64,000 nucleotides of DNA from an uncultured Spirochaetota bacterium. GTDB taxonomy: Bacteria > Spirochaetota > Spirochaetia > SZUA-6 > Fen-1364. Below are positions 62,661 to 64,000 of this stretch, one piece after another. Numbering within the stretch: position 1 is the first letter of the stretch; each line of letters starts with the position of its first letter. Below the pieces are notes generated by a model. That model saw only the letters and a program-made list of their open reading frames with translations, was not told the DNA's origin and did no database searches. The stretch covers positions 576,001-640,000 of the forward strand of contig CAWAHW010000002.1 of the NCBI GenBank assembly GCA_963781885.1, written 5' to 3'. Position numbers and translations under genes: made by a program.

Positions 62661-64000
62661 TTTTTCTCCGTACCTTCCTGCTTTACGTGCACTTGCGCGA
62701 GCGCCCAGGAGGATATCCCCGGGTCCACGGATTCAGGGTCCTCCATCTTCACCCGTGCGAAGGCGGAGCGCGCCGTGTCGGCGAGGCCGAAGCGCTGGGC
62801 CCGTATGCCGTAGGCAAGCCAGGCAGAGGAGCTGGGCGACGCCTCGCCGCTCTGGTCGAGGTATTTTTCAAAAACCTCCTGCGCCTCGAGGAAACGTCCC
62901 GCGTCCGCCAGGAGACAGGCGAGCGTGTGCAGCTCCGCGGCGTTTCCCTCCACGAGTCGCTGGACGAGCTGCCGCTGCTCCATCACGGCGGGGTCCGGCG
63001 CGCCCGTGTAGAGTCCGTACCAGGCGAAGTTGTTGTAGTCCTGCAGCTCGGCCGTCCCGGAGTCGAGGATGGACCCCGCGACCGCGATGGCCTCGGCGTA
63101 GCGGCCCGCGTTGGCGAGCCGGTCCTCAAGCAAGCGCTGCAGGCCGATGTCGCCCGGCTTCGCCGCAAGGCGCGTGCGGATGAGGGCGTCCGCGTCGGCG
63201 GGCGCGCCGGCGTGCTCCAGGGCGATGCAGAGCAGGCCCAGTGCCACGGTGTTGTCCGGCGCATCCCGGAGGTACCCGGCCGCGACGTCTTTCAGCTCCG
63301 TGAGCATCCCCGCCGTCAGGAGCCCCTGCGCGAGGGACGTCTCGATGACGAGCCGGCGTGCCGCGTCCTGTTCCGTGCGCCACTTTGGCATGACCAAGGT
63401 CGCCCCCAGCCGCGCATCCGCGGGGGACGAGGATCGCGTGAGGGCAACGCCCGCCGCCAGGCGCAGGGCATCCGGACCCGCCCCGTCGGGAGGCAGGAGC
63501 GTGAAGAGCGGGTCGGTTGAGATGTCGGGGAATACGGCGGTCTTCTCGTGCTGCGTACGCAGGAGGTGATACCAGGACCGGGCGTCATTCACGCGCCCCG
63601 CGTCGAGCAGGGCAAGGCTTTCCCTTGCGATGCCCGCGCTGTCCGCCGCGGTGTCCACGATCCTGTAGACGTTTCCTTCCTTCGTGAGATAGAAGACAGT
63701 CGGCGTGAAGCCGGGGAAGGCGGGCAAGGTCACGAGCGCCGCGGTGGCGACGCCGTCGTTCAGGACCTTCACACTGATGAATCGGCTCATGAGGTCGAGC
63801 ATGGTGTCCGCGGGCACGGCCATCCGGGAGACGGCGCCGCGCATCGCATCGATGGTGCGTTCGGTCTTTTCCTGCTCGCTGGGGTCGACGAGCGCGGCGC
63901 GGACGCTGGACGCCATGAGGGCTTCCAGCGCCGGTGTCGTGCCGTCCGCCTGCAGGAGGAGGCTCATGAAGTGGAGGATGAGTCCCGTCGGCGTCGCATC
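62657..64000 (-). CDS. TPR-containing protein (5'-truncated by window)
   Basis: Frame is open to the window edge; helical repeats (GRYAEAIAVA, YNNFAW, LHTLACLLADAGRFLEA); ATGA overlap with the GH31 gene. Confidence 0.7.
   Translation of the reverse strand, partial: DATPTGLILHFMSLLLQADGTTPALEALMASSVRAALVDPSEQEKTERTIDAMRGAVSRMAVPADTMLDLMSRFISVKVLNDGVATAALVTLPAFPGFTPTVFYLTKEGNVYRIVDTAADSAGIARESLALLDAGRVNDARSWYHLLRTQHEKTAVFPDISTDPLFTLLPPDGAGPDALRLAAGVALTRSSSPADARLGATLVMPKWRTEQDAARRLVIETSLAQGLLTAGMLTELKDVAAGYLRDAPDNTVALGLLCIALEHAGAPADADALIRTRLAAKPGDIGLQRLLEDRLANAGRYAEAIAVAGSILDSGTAELQDYNNFAWYGLYTGAPDPAVMEQRQLVQRLVEGNAAELHTLACLLADAGRFLEAQEVFEKYLDQSGEASPSSSAWLAYGIRAQRFGLADTARSAFARVKMEDPESVDPGISSWALAQVHVKQEGTEKK

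Overview
High-GC bacterial chromosomal segment, most likely from an uncultured Spirochaetota (inferred from a tRNA-Arg(UCG), a small spirochaete-type basic Cys protein and the general gene style). It is mostly core and metabolic DNA, and I see no integrase, transposase, phage gene or CRISPR array. Left to right: the 3' end of a Tmc/Hmc-like redox operon (NarI-type cytochrome b, 2x[4Fe-4S] protein, tetraheme cytochrome c3) running directly into metV-metF; a PAS-PAS protein; two convergent MacB-type ABC systems (one PadR-led, one TolC-MacA-MacB divergent from a two-component system); an Omp85-like barrel beside tRNA-Pro; lnt; an RRM protein; argR-C-B-D-G with tandem ARG boxes; a heterodimeric ABC exporter with a 5-codon leader ORF; lipid genes; a DHH-CBS protein; an intact and a degenerate GH38; alpha-2-macroglobulin; a five-tRNA cluster holding a 25-bp palindromic tandem array; tig-clpP-clpX-lon; an aminotransferase, histidinol phosphatase, galK, GH31 and a partial TPR gene. 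Six genes carry frameshifts that look like long-read indel errors. The best candidates for new biology are the cytochrome c3/cytochrome b module coupled to MetVF (a possible membrane-linked methylene-THF reductase), widespread leaderless promoters, the leader peptide in front of the ABC exporter, and the hairpin array in the tRNA cluster. All calls come from reading motifs by eye; no database searches were run.
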